Program-made: the position numbers and the translations under genes
Notes under the pieces: model-generated
Seen by the model: only the letters and a program-made list of their open reading frames with translations
What the model was told of the DNA's origin: nothing
Database searches by the model: none
Shown: positions 29,540 through 37,810 of the stretch, one piece after another
Numbering within the stretch: position 1 is the stretch's first letter
Layout: each line of letters begins with the position of its first letter
Assembly: GCA_963805545.1 (NCBI GenBank)
Contig: CAWDUU010000004.1
Coordinates: 13,255-77,254 of the forward strand
Length of the DNA: 64,000 nucleotides
Direction of reading: 5' to 3'
From: an uncultured Actinomycetes bacterium
GTDB lineage: Bacteria; Actinomycetota; Thermoleophilia; Gaiellales; JAICJC01

Positions 29540-29883
29540 CTCGTGCTCCCCTCCGGGGCGGGCGCCCCAGCCTCGATGGTCATGAAGTCGGACAGGCGGG
29601 TGATCTCGAAGATCTCCCGGTAGTGGGCGGTGAGGCCGCGGGCCGTCACGGGCACGCCGGCCCCCCGGGCCCGGCCCAGGAGCCCGACGATGAGCGCGAT
29701 GCCGGTCGAATTGATGTACGGCACCGCCGTGAAATCGAGCGTGAGCGACGCGGCGCCGGCGGCTGCCGCCTCGCTGTAGGCCCGGTCGAGGGCCGCCCCG
29801 GCGTCGCGGTCGACGTCGCCGGTCAGCAGAAGCGTCGCAGCGCCGCCGCTCACGTCCACCTTCACCTCAAGCGCGGTCGTCAT
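29536..29883 (-). CDS. STAS-domain anti-anti-sigma factor
   Basis: LDFTAVPYINSTGIALIV, IFEITRL. Confidence 0.9.
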   Translation of the reverse strand: MTTALEVKVDVSGGAATLLLTGDVDRDAGAALDRAYSEAAAAGAASLTLDFTAVPYINSTGIALIVGLLGRARGAGVPVTARGLTAHYREIFEITRLSDFMTIEAGAPAPEGSTR

Positions 29884-31472
29884 CTCGGTCTCCTTCCAGG
29901 CGCATCACGAGCCGGGTGGTGTGGTGCTCGTCGTCGCCGAGCACGTCCAGGTCGTCCACCATGTTCCGGATCAGGAAGAGCCCCCAGCCGCGCGGCGTCT
30001 GCTCGCCGGCGAGCTTGGCGTCGATGTCCGGCTCGGGGGCGTCGGGCATCGGCCGCGCCGAGCCCCGGTCGGTGACATCGACGCGGAGCGCGTCCGCGGT
30101 CGCGGACGAGCCGGATGTCGACCGGCAGCTCGGGCCGGAACCCGTTGCCGTGCTCCATCGCGTTCATGACCGCCTCGGCGACGGCCGTCTTCATCCGCTC
30201 GAGCCGGGCGCCGGACAGGCCGGCCGCCGCGAGCGCCGGCTCGAGCCGGCGGATCGCCTCGCGCTCGTTCCCGGGCTCGCTCGCAACCGAGACCTCGGCC
30301 AGGGCAGCGGCGGGGCCCGCCTCGCGGCGGATCGCGACGAGCGTGATGTCGTCCTCCTGCTCGGCACCGGGCGCGGCGAACGCGCCGAGCGCGGCGATCA
30401 GCGTCCCCAGGAGCGCCTCGCCCGCCCGCCCGCCCGCCTCGGCCATGACGGCCGCCAGGCGGTCGCCGCCGAACATCTGCCGGTCGGCGTCGTGCGCCTC
30501 GGTCACCCCGTCGGAGTAGAGCAGGAGGTGCGCGCCGGGATCGAGGACGGCCTCGGTCTCCTCGTAGGTCATGCCCGGCATGAGCCCGAGCGGCATCCCG
30601 CGCGCCATGTGCTCGGTGACGATGCCCGCGGAGGCCACCATCGGCAGGTTGTGGCCGGCGTTTGCGAACACCAGCCGGCCCGTGTCGAGCTCGAGCACGC
30701 CGTAGAGGCAGGTCACGAACATGTTCTGCGGGATGTCGGGGACGAGGTGCTCGTTCACCCGCTCGAGCACCGCGCCGGGCTCGACCAGTCGCTGGGCTGA
30801 GGCGCGAAGCACGCTCCGCGTGGCGGCCATCACGAGGGCCGCCGGGACGCCCTTGTCGGTCACGTCGCCGACCACGATCCCGAGCCGGCCGTCGGGCAGG
30901 TCGATGAAGTCGTAGAAGTCGCCGCCCACCTCCCGGGCCGGCCGGTAGTCGGCTGCGACGCTCCACCCCGCGGCCTCCGGCAGCGAACGCGGCAGGAAGT
31001 TCTGCTGGATGAGGCGGGCGACGGCGAGCTCCTGCTCGATCCGCTCCCTGCTTCGGATCTCGGCCTCCTGCTCGCGCACGAGCTGGCCGACACGGACGGC
31101 CGGGGCGGCCTGCGCGGCCAGGCTCTCGAGCAGGCGGCGGTCGTCGCCGGAGTACTCCTGGTCGGAGAGCCGCGGCCCGAGGTTGAGAAGCCCGATCAGC
31201 TCGCCCTGGGTCACGAGGGGGACGACCAGCTTCACGCCCGCCGCCCGCATGGCGTCGAGGGCCGGCGACTCGAGCTCGAGCGCCTCGATGTCGACGGCGC
31301 CGGCCGCGCTCTGGAAGAACGGGATGATGGGGTCGTTCGGCGCGATGTCGACCGGCATGGAGCTCGGCGCGAGCGCGCGCGGTGGCGGCTCCTCGGCCAC
31401 CGAGGCGGCGACGGCCGGAGCGATGCGCCCGCGGGAGACGATGCGGCGAAGGCTGTGGGCAACCGAGCTCAT
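29867..31472 (-). CDS. Half-GAF + PP2C/SpoIIE phosphatase + RsbW-like HATPase fusion; apparent frameshift near 30104
   Basis: VPLVTQGELIGLLNLG...LAAQAA, EVGGDFYD, GDVTDKG, YSDGVTEA, DDITL, AVAEAVMNAMEHGN; HATPase C-terminus (RVDVTDRG, GWGLFLIRNMVD) continues in another frame to stop 29867. Confidence 0.85.
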
Positions 31473-32626
31473 GACAGACCCGTTGTACCGGGCGGGCGTT
31501 CCGGGTTCGTTACGGGCCGCAGCCAGACTCCGGCATGGGCCGGCTGCACCGTGCCGGCGATGGTCTGGAGGAGCTCGCCGCACAGCGCGTCGAGGTCGAG
31601 CTGCTCTCGCGCGCGGGCGCTGAACGCGGCCACCGCACCCTGCGCGTCGTACCCCGAGCGGAAGAAGCGCCTGTCCACCGTTCGCTGGATCCGCCGCCGG
31701 AGCGGCTGGAAGGCGGCCGCCACCGCGAGCGTCGAGACCGTGACGGCGACCGTCCCCGACGAGCCCGAGACGGTGCGCAGGAGCGCGCCGACCAGCGTCA
31801 CGCCGCCGAGATAGACGCCCGCGAGCACCGCGACCAGCATCGCGTAGACGAGCGTCTTTCGGATGATCACGTCGACGTCGTAGAGCCGGTAGCGCAGCAT
31901 GGCGAGGCCGACCGAGAGCGGGAGCAGCGCGTAATCGAGCGCGTACAGGGCCTCGCGGGGCGAGACGATCGAGATCACAAAGAAGCCCACGAAGGCGGCA
32001 CAGGCCGCGAAGACGCACTCGCGGATCTGGAGGCGCTGGGTCGCCGCGGCGCGCCGGTAGCGAAGGACCGCCGAGGCCAGGCCCGCCGCGATCAGGGCGG
32101 CGACGAGCACCCCGGTCGCGACGACGAGCGGCTGCGGAGGCGAGCCGGAGACGCCCGCGAACGCCGCGATCCACACGATCGCGGCGATGTCGGCGCGGAG
32201 AAGCAGCCGCCATCGCGGCCCCGGCGGCCGGCCGTCCGGGAAGAGCAGCGGGACCAGGAGCGCGTACGCGGCGAGCCCGGACACCCATGTCCAGCTGGAG
32301 AGCCAGTCGGCGACGGCCGCGCCGGGTGCCCCGCTCGGGTGCCTGTCGCCCGCCCACCCGGCGTAGACGCCGGTCGAGACGGCGACCGCGACCAGCACCG
32401 GGGCGGCGCAGAAGATCCATCCGATCGGATTCCGCGGCTCGCGGCGTGCGATCAGGACGCCCAGCGTGGCCATTCCCTGCATCACCGCGCCGAAGAGCAG
32501 GGCATCGAGGACGTTTGCGACGGCCAGGCCGGCCTCCGTGCCGACGAAGATGCCGGTGGCCAGGAGCAGGCCAAGCGTCGCGAACCAGGCCGCCGCCGCG
32601 AGCCGCGGCGTGGAGCGGCCGCTCAC
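31469..32626 (-). CDS. Stand-alone multi-TM sensor-like protein ending in truncated GAF-like segment (paralog B)
   Basis: NPIGW, FPDGRPPGPRWR, RYRLYDVDVIIRKTLVY, REQLDLDALCGEL...AGVWLRP; ATGA overlap with phosphatase gene. Confidence 0.75.
   Translation of the reverse strand: MSGRSTPRLAAAAWFATLGLLLATGIFVGTEAGLAVANVLDALLFGAVMQGMATLGVLIARREPRNPIGWIFCAAPVLVAVAVSTGVYAGWAGDRHPSGAPGAAVADWLSSWTWVSGLAAYALLVPLLFPDGRPPGPRWRLLLRADIAAIVWIAAFAGVSGSPPQPLVVATGVLVAALIAAGLASAVLRYRRAAATQRLQIRECVFAACAAFVGFFVISIVSPREALYALDYALLPLSVGLAMLRYRLYDVDVIIRKTLVYAMLVAVLAGVYLGGVTLVGALLRTVSGSSGTVAVTVSTLAVAAAFQPLRRRIQRTVDRRFFRSGYDAQGAVAAFSARAREQLDLDALCGELLQTIAGTVQPAHAGVWLRPVTNPERPPGTTGLS
31482..31513 (-). promoter_or_regulatory. 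Direct-repeat operator GTAACG-N5-GGAACG plus -10-like TACAAC, site B, inside the 3' end of paralog B
   Basis: CGTAACGAACCCGGAACGCCCGC matches site A CGTAACGATCCCGGAACGCCCGC at 22/23; 9 nt before phosphatase ATG. Confidence 0.65.
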
Positions 32627-33864
32627 CGTCCCGCCTCCGGCAACCGCAGCCAGAGCGAGACGTGCGCCGGCTGGAGCGTCTCGCGGACGACGTCGAGCAC
32701 CTCGCCGCTCACGGTCTCGATGTCCACCTGCTCCCGCAGCCGCCCGCTGAACGACTCAAGCGTGCGGGCCGCGTCGTAGCGGCCGCGGTAGAAGCGGTGG
32801 TCGACCGCCCGCTGGATGCGCACCCGGAGGGGCTGAAACGCCGCGGCGACCGCCAGGGTCGAGACCGTGACGCCGATCGCGCCCGACCCACCCGTGATGC
32901 TCCGCAGGGCGCCCCCGACCAGGGTCACGCCACCGAGATACAGCGTCGCCAGAACCGCGACGAGCACCGCGTAGACCAGCGTCCGCCTGATGATGACGTC
33001 GATCTCGTAGAGGCGGTAGCGGAGCACCGCGAACACGATCGCGATCGGTATCAGCGCGAAGCTGAGCAGCGCGAACGTCTGGGCGGCGACGAGCCAGCCG
33101 GGCGGATCCTGCGCCGACGGATCGAGCAGCGGAGAGAGCGGCTCGACGACGGCATAGGTGGAGGCCACCGCGGCCGCCGCCGCGGCCAGCCATTTCAACT
33201 GCTGGCGCTGGGCGCCTCGTGCGCCGCGGAAGCGTACGACCAGGCTCGCGGCCGACGCCACCATCATCGCGGGAACGACCAGGATCGAGAGTCTGGCGGC
33301 ATCGAGCACCGATCGCAGGGAGTCGATTCCGGCGGGGTTCCGGACGTGCGGGTATCCGGCGTCGCTGAGCGGCCCGGGGGCGAACGTCACGCAGAGGAGG
33401 CCGACCACGATCGCCGCGGCGCTCGTCCATGCCACGTACCGCCAGCGCCGGCCCGGGAGATGGCCGTCGGGGAAGAGGAGTATCAGGAACGTCCCGGTAA
33501 GCCCGACGGCCGGCAGCCAGAATCCCTCGCCCACGACCGCGACGGCGATGGCGCCGGGAAGGTCGTGGTGCAGCTTGATCGCGTAGTCGGAGTAGGACGT
33601 GCCGAGCGCCAGCCCCCACGCCACTCCGATCGCGAGCAGGAGCCAGCCGATCGGGTTCTCCGGCCGGCGAGCGGCCAGGAGCCAGCCCGCGGCGGGGTAG
33701 GTGAACATCGCGAGGACGAAGGCGATCCCCGCCCAGGCCCCGCCGCCGGACCAGCTGCCGGACTGCACGGCGTCGCGGGCCAGGACGCCGAAGACCACGG
33801 AGAACGCGCACATCGCGGCGCACACCGCGAAGATGGCCGTCGCCAGGCTGCGCCGGGCCCTCAC
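32623..33864 (-). CDS. Stand-alone multi-TM sensor-like protein ending in truncated GAF-like segment (paralog C)
   Basis: NPIGW, FPDGHLPGRRWR, QQLKW, RYRLYEIDVIIRRTLVY, REQVDIETVSGEV...VSLWLR; GGAGG RBS before GTG 33864 (alternative ATG 33945). Confidence 0.75.
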   Translation of the reverse strand: MRARRSLATAIFAVCAAMCAFSVVFGVLARDAVQSGSWSGGGAWAGIAFVLAMFTYPAAGWLLAARRPENPIGWLLLAIGVAWGLALGTSYSDYAIKLHHDLPGAIAVAVVGEGFWLPAVGLTGTFLILLFPDGHLPGRRWRYVAWTSAAAIVVGLLCVTFAPGPLSDAGYPHVRNPAGIDSLRSVLDAARLSILVVPAMMVASAASLVVRFRGARGAQRQQLKWLAAAAAAVASTYAVVEPLSPLLDPSAQDPPGWLVAAQTFALLSFALIPIAIVFAVLRYRLYEIDVIIRRTLVYAVLVAVLATLYLGGVTLVGGALRSITGGSGAIGVTVSTLAVAAAFQPLRVRIQRAVDHRFYRGRYDAARTLESFSGRLREQVDIETVSGEVLDVVRETLQPAHVSLWLRLPEAGR

Positions 33865-33986
33865 CGCTCCGCCTCCGGCGAGGTCGGCCGGGGCGGCGCG
33901 ACGGATGACCGGCTGGCGTTCGGGCAGCTCATCGACGTTCAGCATCTTCCATCTCGGCCACGGGGGCAACACGCTGCATTGGCCGA

Positions 33987-34018
33987 ATCCTCGCCCGCCA
34001 CCGTCCTGGGAACGTTAC
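33987..34018 (-). promoter_or_regulatory. Direct-repeat operator GTAACG-N5-AGGACG plus -10 GAGGAT, site C, in the divergent region next to the SARP gene
   Basis: Same repeat spacing and 9-nt gap to the -10 as site B; overlapping GGAACG repeats on the plus strand. Confidence 0.55.
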
Positions 34019-34067
34019 GGAACGAGCGGCACCCGACTCGATCGTCACGCTCTGCCATACTCGCCCC

Positions 34068-36788
34068 ATGGCGCTTCGCATCGACGTGCTCGGGACGCCC
34101 CGCATCGAGGTGGACCGCGAGCCGCTGCGCGTCGACACGCGCAAGGCGGTCGCGCTGCTCGCGTATCTGTCGGTGACCGGCGGCCCGCAGGCGCGCGAGC
34201 TGCTCGTCGACCTGCTCTGGCCCGACACCGATCCCGACCGCGGAAGGGCGGCGCTGCGACGCACGCTCTCGGCGCTGCGCTCGGCGCTCGGCGGGCGCTG
34301 GGTCACGGTCAGCCGGGCGGCGGTGGGTCTCGACATCGAGCCGGGCGCGGTGGACGTCGACCGCTTCCGCGCCCTCGTCGCCGCGGCCGGGAACGGGCCG
34401 GGAGCCGTGAAACCGCTCTCGGACGCGGTCGCGCTTCACCGCGGCGACCTCCTGGCCGGCTTCGGGCTGCGTGACAGCGTCCGCTTCGACGACTGGCAGC
34501 GCGACACGGCGGCGGAGCTGCGGACCGAGCTCGAGCGCGCGCTCGACCGGCTCGTGGCGGCGATCGAGGCGAGCGGCCGGCCGGACGACGCCATCCCCCA
34601 CGCCCGGCGCCGGCTGGGCCTCGATCCGCTGCACGAGCCGGCGCACCGGACGCTCATCCGCCTCTGCGCCGGGAGCGGCCACCGGGCGGAGGCGCTCAGC
34701 CAGTACCGGGAGTGCGTGCGCGTGCTCGACCGCGAGCTCGGCGTCCGGCCGCTGGCCGAGACGACCGACCTCTACAACGCCGTGAACGAGGGCCGGATCC
34801 TCGTTGCAGACCCGCCCGTGCCCGCCGCGGAGCCCGTCACGCCGCAGGTGGCCGCCCGGCCGCTGGTCGGGCGGGAGCGGGAGTGGCGGGCGCTTCTCGC
34901 CGAGCACGGGGCATGCGTGACGGACGGCCGGCTCGTCGTCATCGAGGGGGAGGCGGGCGTCGGCAAGACCCGGCTCGGCGAGGAGCTGGCGGCGGCCGCC
35001 CGCGCGGGCGGGACCGTCGCCGCCGTCGCCCGGTCCTACGAGGGCGAGTCCGGGATCGCGTTCGGGCTCGTGGCGGCCGCGCTGCGGGCCGCGCTCGAGG
35101 CGGCCGGCGAGGAGCCGCTGACGGCCGTCCCCCCGCACTGGCGAGCCGAGGCCGCCCGGCTCGTGCCGGAGATCGGCGGCGGCGAGGCTCCGGCCGTCGC
35201 GGACAGCGCCGCCGCCCAGCAGCGGCTGTCAGAGGGGCTCGCCCACGTCCTGGCGGCGCTCGTCGCCGACCGGCCGCCCGGGCTCCTCTTCCTGGACGAC
35301 CTGCACTCCGCCGACCCTGCGTCGCTCGCGATGGTGGGCTACCTCGTCCGCCGGCTTGCCGGGCGGCCGATGCTCGTCGCCGCCGCGTGGCGCTCCGAGG
35401 AGATCGGCCCCGACCACAACGTCCTGCGGCGCTCGGCCGATCGCGTGATCCGGCTCGGCCGGCTGACCCGCGCCGACGTCGCCGAGCTGGCCGCCGCCGC
35501 GGGGATGGCCGCGCGCGCACCCGAGCTCTTCGACGAGACGGAGGGGCTGCCGCTCTTCGTCGTCGAGTACCTGGCGGCGCTCCGCGACCCCGCGCAGGAC
35601 GGCGGGCTTCCGGTCGGCGTCCGCGAGCTCCTCGCGGCGCGGCTGGACGGGATCGGCGAGACCTCGGCGCAGCTCCTCAGCGCAGCGGCGGTGATCGGGC
35701 GCACGTTCGACGTCGACACCGTGCGCGCGGCCGCAGGCAGGGGCGAGGACGAGACCGCGGCCGGCCTGGAGGAGCTCACCAGGCGGGGCCTCCTCGTCGA
35801 GCGCGACGCGGGGTACGAGTTCTCGCACGACAAGCTCCTCGCCGTGGCCTACGAGCGCGCCGGGCTGGCCCGGCGCCGGCTGCTTCATCGCCGTGTCGCC
35901 GAGACGCTCACGGCCGGGCACGCCGACCCCGCGCTCGTCGCCCGCCACCTCCTGGCCGCCGGGCTGGAAGCGGATGCGGCCGAGGCCTTCCGCCGGGCGG
36001 GCGACCGCGCGCGCGGTGTCTACGCCCACCGGGAGGCGCTCGACGCGTACCGCTCCGCCATCGGCCTGGGGCACGAGCAACCGGCGCTCCTGCACGAGGC
36101 GATCGGCGACCTGCACACGCTCCGGGGCGAGTACGCGGCGGCGCTCTCGGCCTACGAGGCGGCGGCCGCACTCGGCGAGCCGGACGCCGTCGCCGGGATC
36201 GAGCACAAGCTCGGCAGGGTGCACGACCGCCGTGGCGACCCCGAGCTCGCCGACGTGCACCTGCTCGAGGCGCTCCGGCTCGGCGGCGAGTCGGCACGCG
36301 TCCAGGCCGACCGCAGCCTGGCGGCCCACCGCCGCGGCGACGCCGCCGCCGCGGCCGAGCTCGCCCGCAGGTCGCTCGAGCTCGGCGAGGCGGCGAACGA
36401 TCCGGAGGCCGTGGCCCGGGCGTGCAACATCCTCGGGATGCTGACCGGGTCGCGCGAGCACCTGGAGCGCAGCGTCGAGCTGGCCGGGTCGCTGCCCGAC
36501 CGAACCGTGCTCGTGGCCGCGCTCAACAACCTCGCGCTCGCATGCGGCCGGACGGGCGAGACGGACGCCGCCATCGAGCACACGACCCGCGCGCTCGACC
36601 TCTGCTCCGAGCAGGGCGACCGCCACCGGGAGGCGGCCCTGCACAACAACCTGGCCGACCTCTTGCACCGGGCCGGCCGGGAGGGCGAGTCGATGGAGCA
36701 GCTGAAGCGGGCCGTTGCGATCTTCGCCGAGGTCGGCGCCGGCGACGCCGGCATGCAGCCCGAGGTGTGGAAGCTGGTGGAATGGTGA
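34068..36788 (+). CDS. AfsR/SARP-type regulator: wHTH-BTAD + AAA ATPase + TPR
   Basis: LLAYL, LLWPD, GDLLAGF...FDDW, LDPLHEPAHRTLI, GEAGVGKTRL P-loop, LDDLH, TPRs; CATACT 6 nt before ATG. Confidence 0.9.
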   Translation: MALRIDVLGTPRIEVDREPLRVDTRKAVALLAYLSVTGGPQARELLVDLLWPDTDPDRGRAALRRTLSALRSALGGRWVTVSRAAVGLDIEPGAVDVDRFRALVAAAGNGPGAVKPLSDAVALHRGDLLAGFGLRDSVRFDDWQRDTAAELRTELERALDRLVAAIEASGRPDDAIPHARRRLGLDPLHEPAHRTLIRLCAGSGHRAEALSQYRECVRVLDRELGVRPLAETTDLYNAVNEGRILVADPPVPAAEPVTPQVAARPLVGREREWRALLAEHGACVTDGRLVVIEGEAGVGKTRLGEELAAAARAGGTVAAVARSYEGESGIAFGLVAAALRAALEAAGEEPLTAVPPHWRAEAARLVPEIGGGEAPAVADSAAAQQRLSEGLAHVLAALVADRPPGLLFLDDLHSADPASLAMVGYLVRRLAGRPMLVAAAWRSEEIGPDHNVLRRSADRVIRLGRLTRADVAELAAAAGMAARAPELFDETEGLPLFVVEYLAALRDPAQDGGLPVGVRELLAARLDGIGETSAQLLSAAAVIGRTFDVDTVRAAAGRGEDETAAGLEELTRRGLLVERDAGYEFSHDKLLAVAYERAGLARRRLLHRRVAETLTAGHADPALVARHLLAAGLEADAAEAFRRAGDRARGVYAHREALDAYRSAIGLGHEQPALLHEAIGDLHTLRGEYAAALSAYEAAAALGEPDAVAGIEHKLGRVHDRRGDPELADVHLLEALRLGGESARVQADRSLAAHRRGDAAAAAELARRSLELGEAANDPEAVARACNILGMLTGSREHLERSVELAGSLPDRTVLVAALNNLALACGRTGETDAAIEHTTRALDLCSEQGDRHREAALHNNLADLLHRAGREGESMEQLKRAVAIFAEVGAGDAGMQPEVWKLVEW

Positions 36789-37072
36789 ACGGCTCGCGCG
36801 TGCCCCTTCCGCCCGAGGTGGAGGCGCCGTTCGAGGTGTACGTGAACGGCCTGCTTCAGACCGAGGGCGCCGACTTCGTGCTCGACGGGCGCGAGCTGGT
36901 CTTCGCGGCCGAGCTGGCGCCGCCGGCCCGCGACACGGCCAGGAGCCTCTTCCGGGGGTTCTTCTTCGGCCGCTACAAGCCCGAGCACGTGGTCGACGTC
37001 GCCTACCAGGCCGGCGGGCGCGGCCACGTCGTGAGCGGGCTTCCGATCAGGCGGCCGGAAGCCGCTAGATGA
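36782..37072 (+). CDS. Small hypothetical protein
   Basis: Ordered ORF (FEVYVNGLLQTEGADF) overlapping the SARP stop. Confidence 0.6.
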   Translation: MVNGSRVPLPPEVEAPFEVYVNGLLQTEGADFVLDGRELVFAAELAPPARDTARSLFRGFFFGRYKPEHVVDVAYQAGGRGHVVSGLPIRRPEAAR

Positions 37073-37319
37073 TGTGCTTGCCCTGCCAGAGCCACGTCTC
37101 GAGGATCGCAAAGACGGTGATCAGGCAGACGGCGATGATGTGGCCGCCGCGCGAGCGGGGCGTCATGAAGTAGCCGAACACGGCGACCAGGAGCGCGATG
37201 ATGCCCATGTAGATCGGGCGCGTCCACGTCCCCGCGACGGCGATCACGATCGCCCCGGCGTTGATGACCGCCACCGCGTCGTCGCGGAACGACTCCTGCT
37301 CGGGGATGTACTCTCGCAT
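37065..37319 (-). CDS. Small membrane protein (three TM)
   Basis: Hydrophobic 84-aa ORF MREYIPEQESFRDDAV... Confidence 0.65.
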   Translation of the reverse strand: MREYIPEQESFRDDAVAVINAGAIVIAVAGTWTRPIYMGIIALLVAVFGYFMTPRSRGGHIIAVCLITVFAILETWLWQGKHII

Positions 37320-37336
37320 CGGCCGGGAGTTTACCG

Positions 37337-37810
37337 ATAGCCCAGACGAGAGGGACAACCGAGCTGCGCCGGGCGGGCGTCGCGCACACGCTGATGAGCT
37401 ACGCCTACCGCCGGGGCGGCGGAGCCGAGCAGGCGGCCGACGACCTCGGCGTCGAACGGGCCCGGATGTTCAAGAGCCTCGTCGCCCGCGCCGGCGCCGA
37501 GCTCGTGTTCGCGCTCGTGCCGGCGACGTCGGAGCTGTCGCTCAAGAAGCTCGCGGCCGCGGCCGGCGTGAAGCACGCCGAGATGGCCGACCCCCGCGAC
37601 GCCGAGCGCGCCACCGGCTACCAGGTGGGCGGGATGAGCCCGCTGGGCTCGCGCCGGCCGATGCCGGTCTACCTCGACCGAAGCGGCGAGGCGTTCGACC
37701 TGATCTGCCTGAACGCCGGTGGCCGCGGGCAGATCGTCGAGGTGCCGACGGCGAAGCTCGTGGAGCTGGTCGGCGCCCGGCTCGCCGACCTGGCAGCGGT
37801 CAGATCGTGA
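37337..37810 (+). CDS. ybaK: YbaK/EbsC aminoacyl-tRNA deacylase (start uncertain: ATA 37337 or ATG 37394)
   Basis: MFKSLV, MADPRDAERATGYQVGGMSPLG, LNAGGRG; the in-frame upstream sequence AQTRGTTELRRAGVAHTL looks like the normal N-terminus. Confidence 0.8.
   Translation: MAQTRGTTELRRAGVAHTLMSYAYRRGGGAEQAADDLGVERARMFKSLVARAGAELVFALVPATSELSLKKLAAAAGVKHAEMADPRDAERATGYQVGGMSPLGSRRPMPVYLDRSGEAFDLICLNAGGRGQIVEVPTAKLVELVGARLADLAAVRS

Noticed and set aside
31472-31530. Programmed frameshift fusing sensor B to the phosphatase
   Set aside because: No slippery heptamer is visible; the clean ATGA coupling, a dedicated operator/-10 and identical truncation points in three paralogs favour separate genes.
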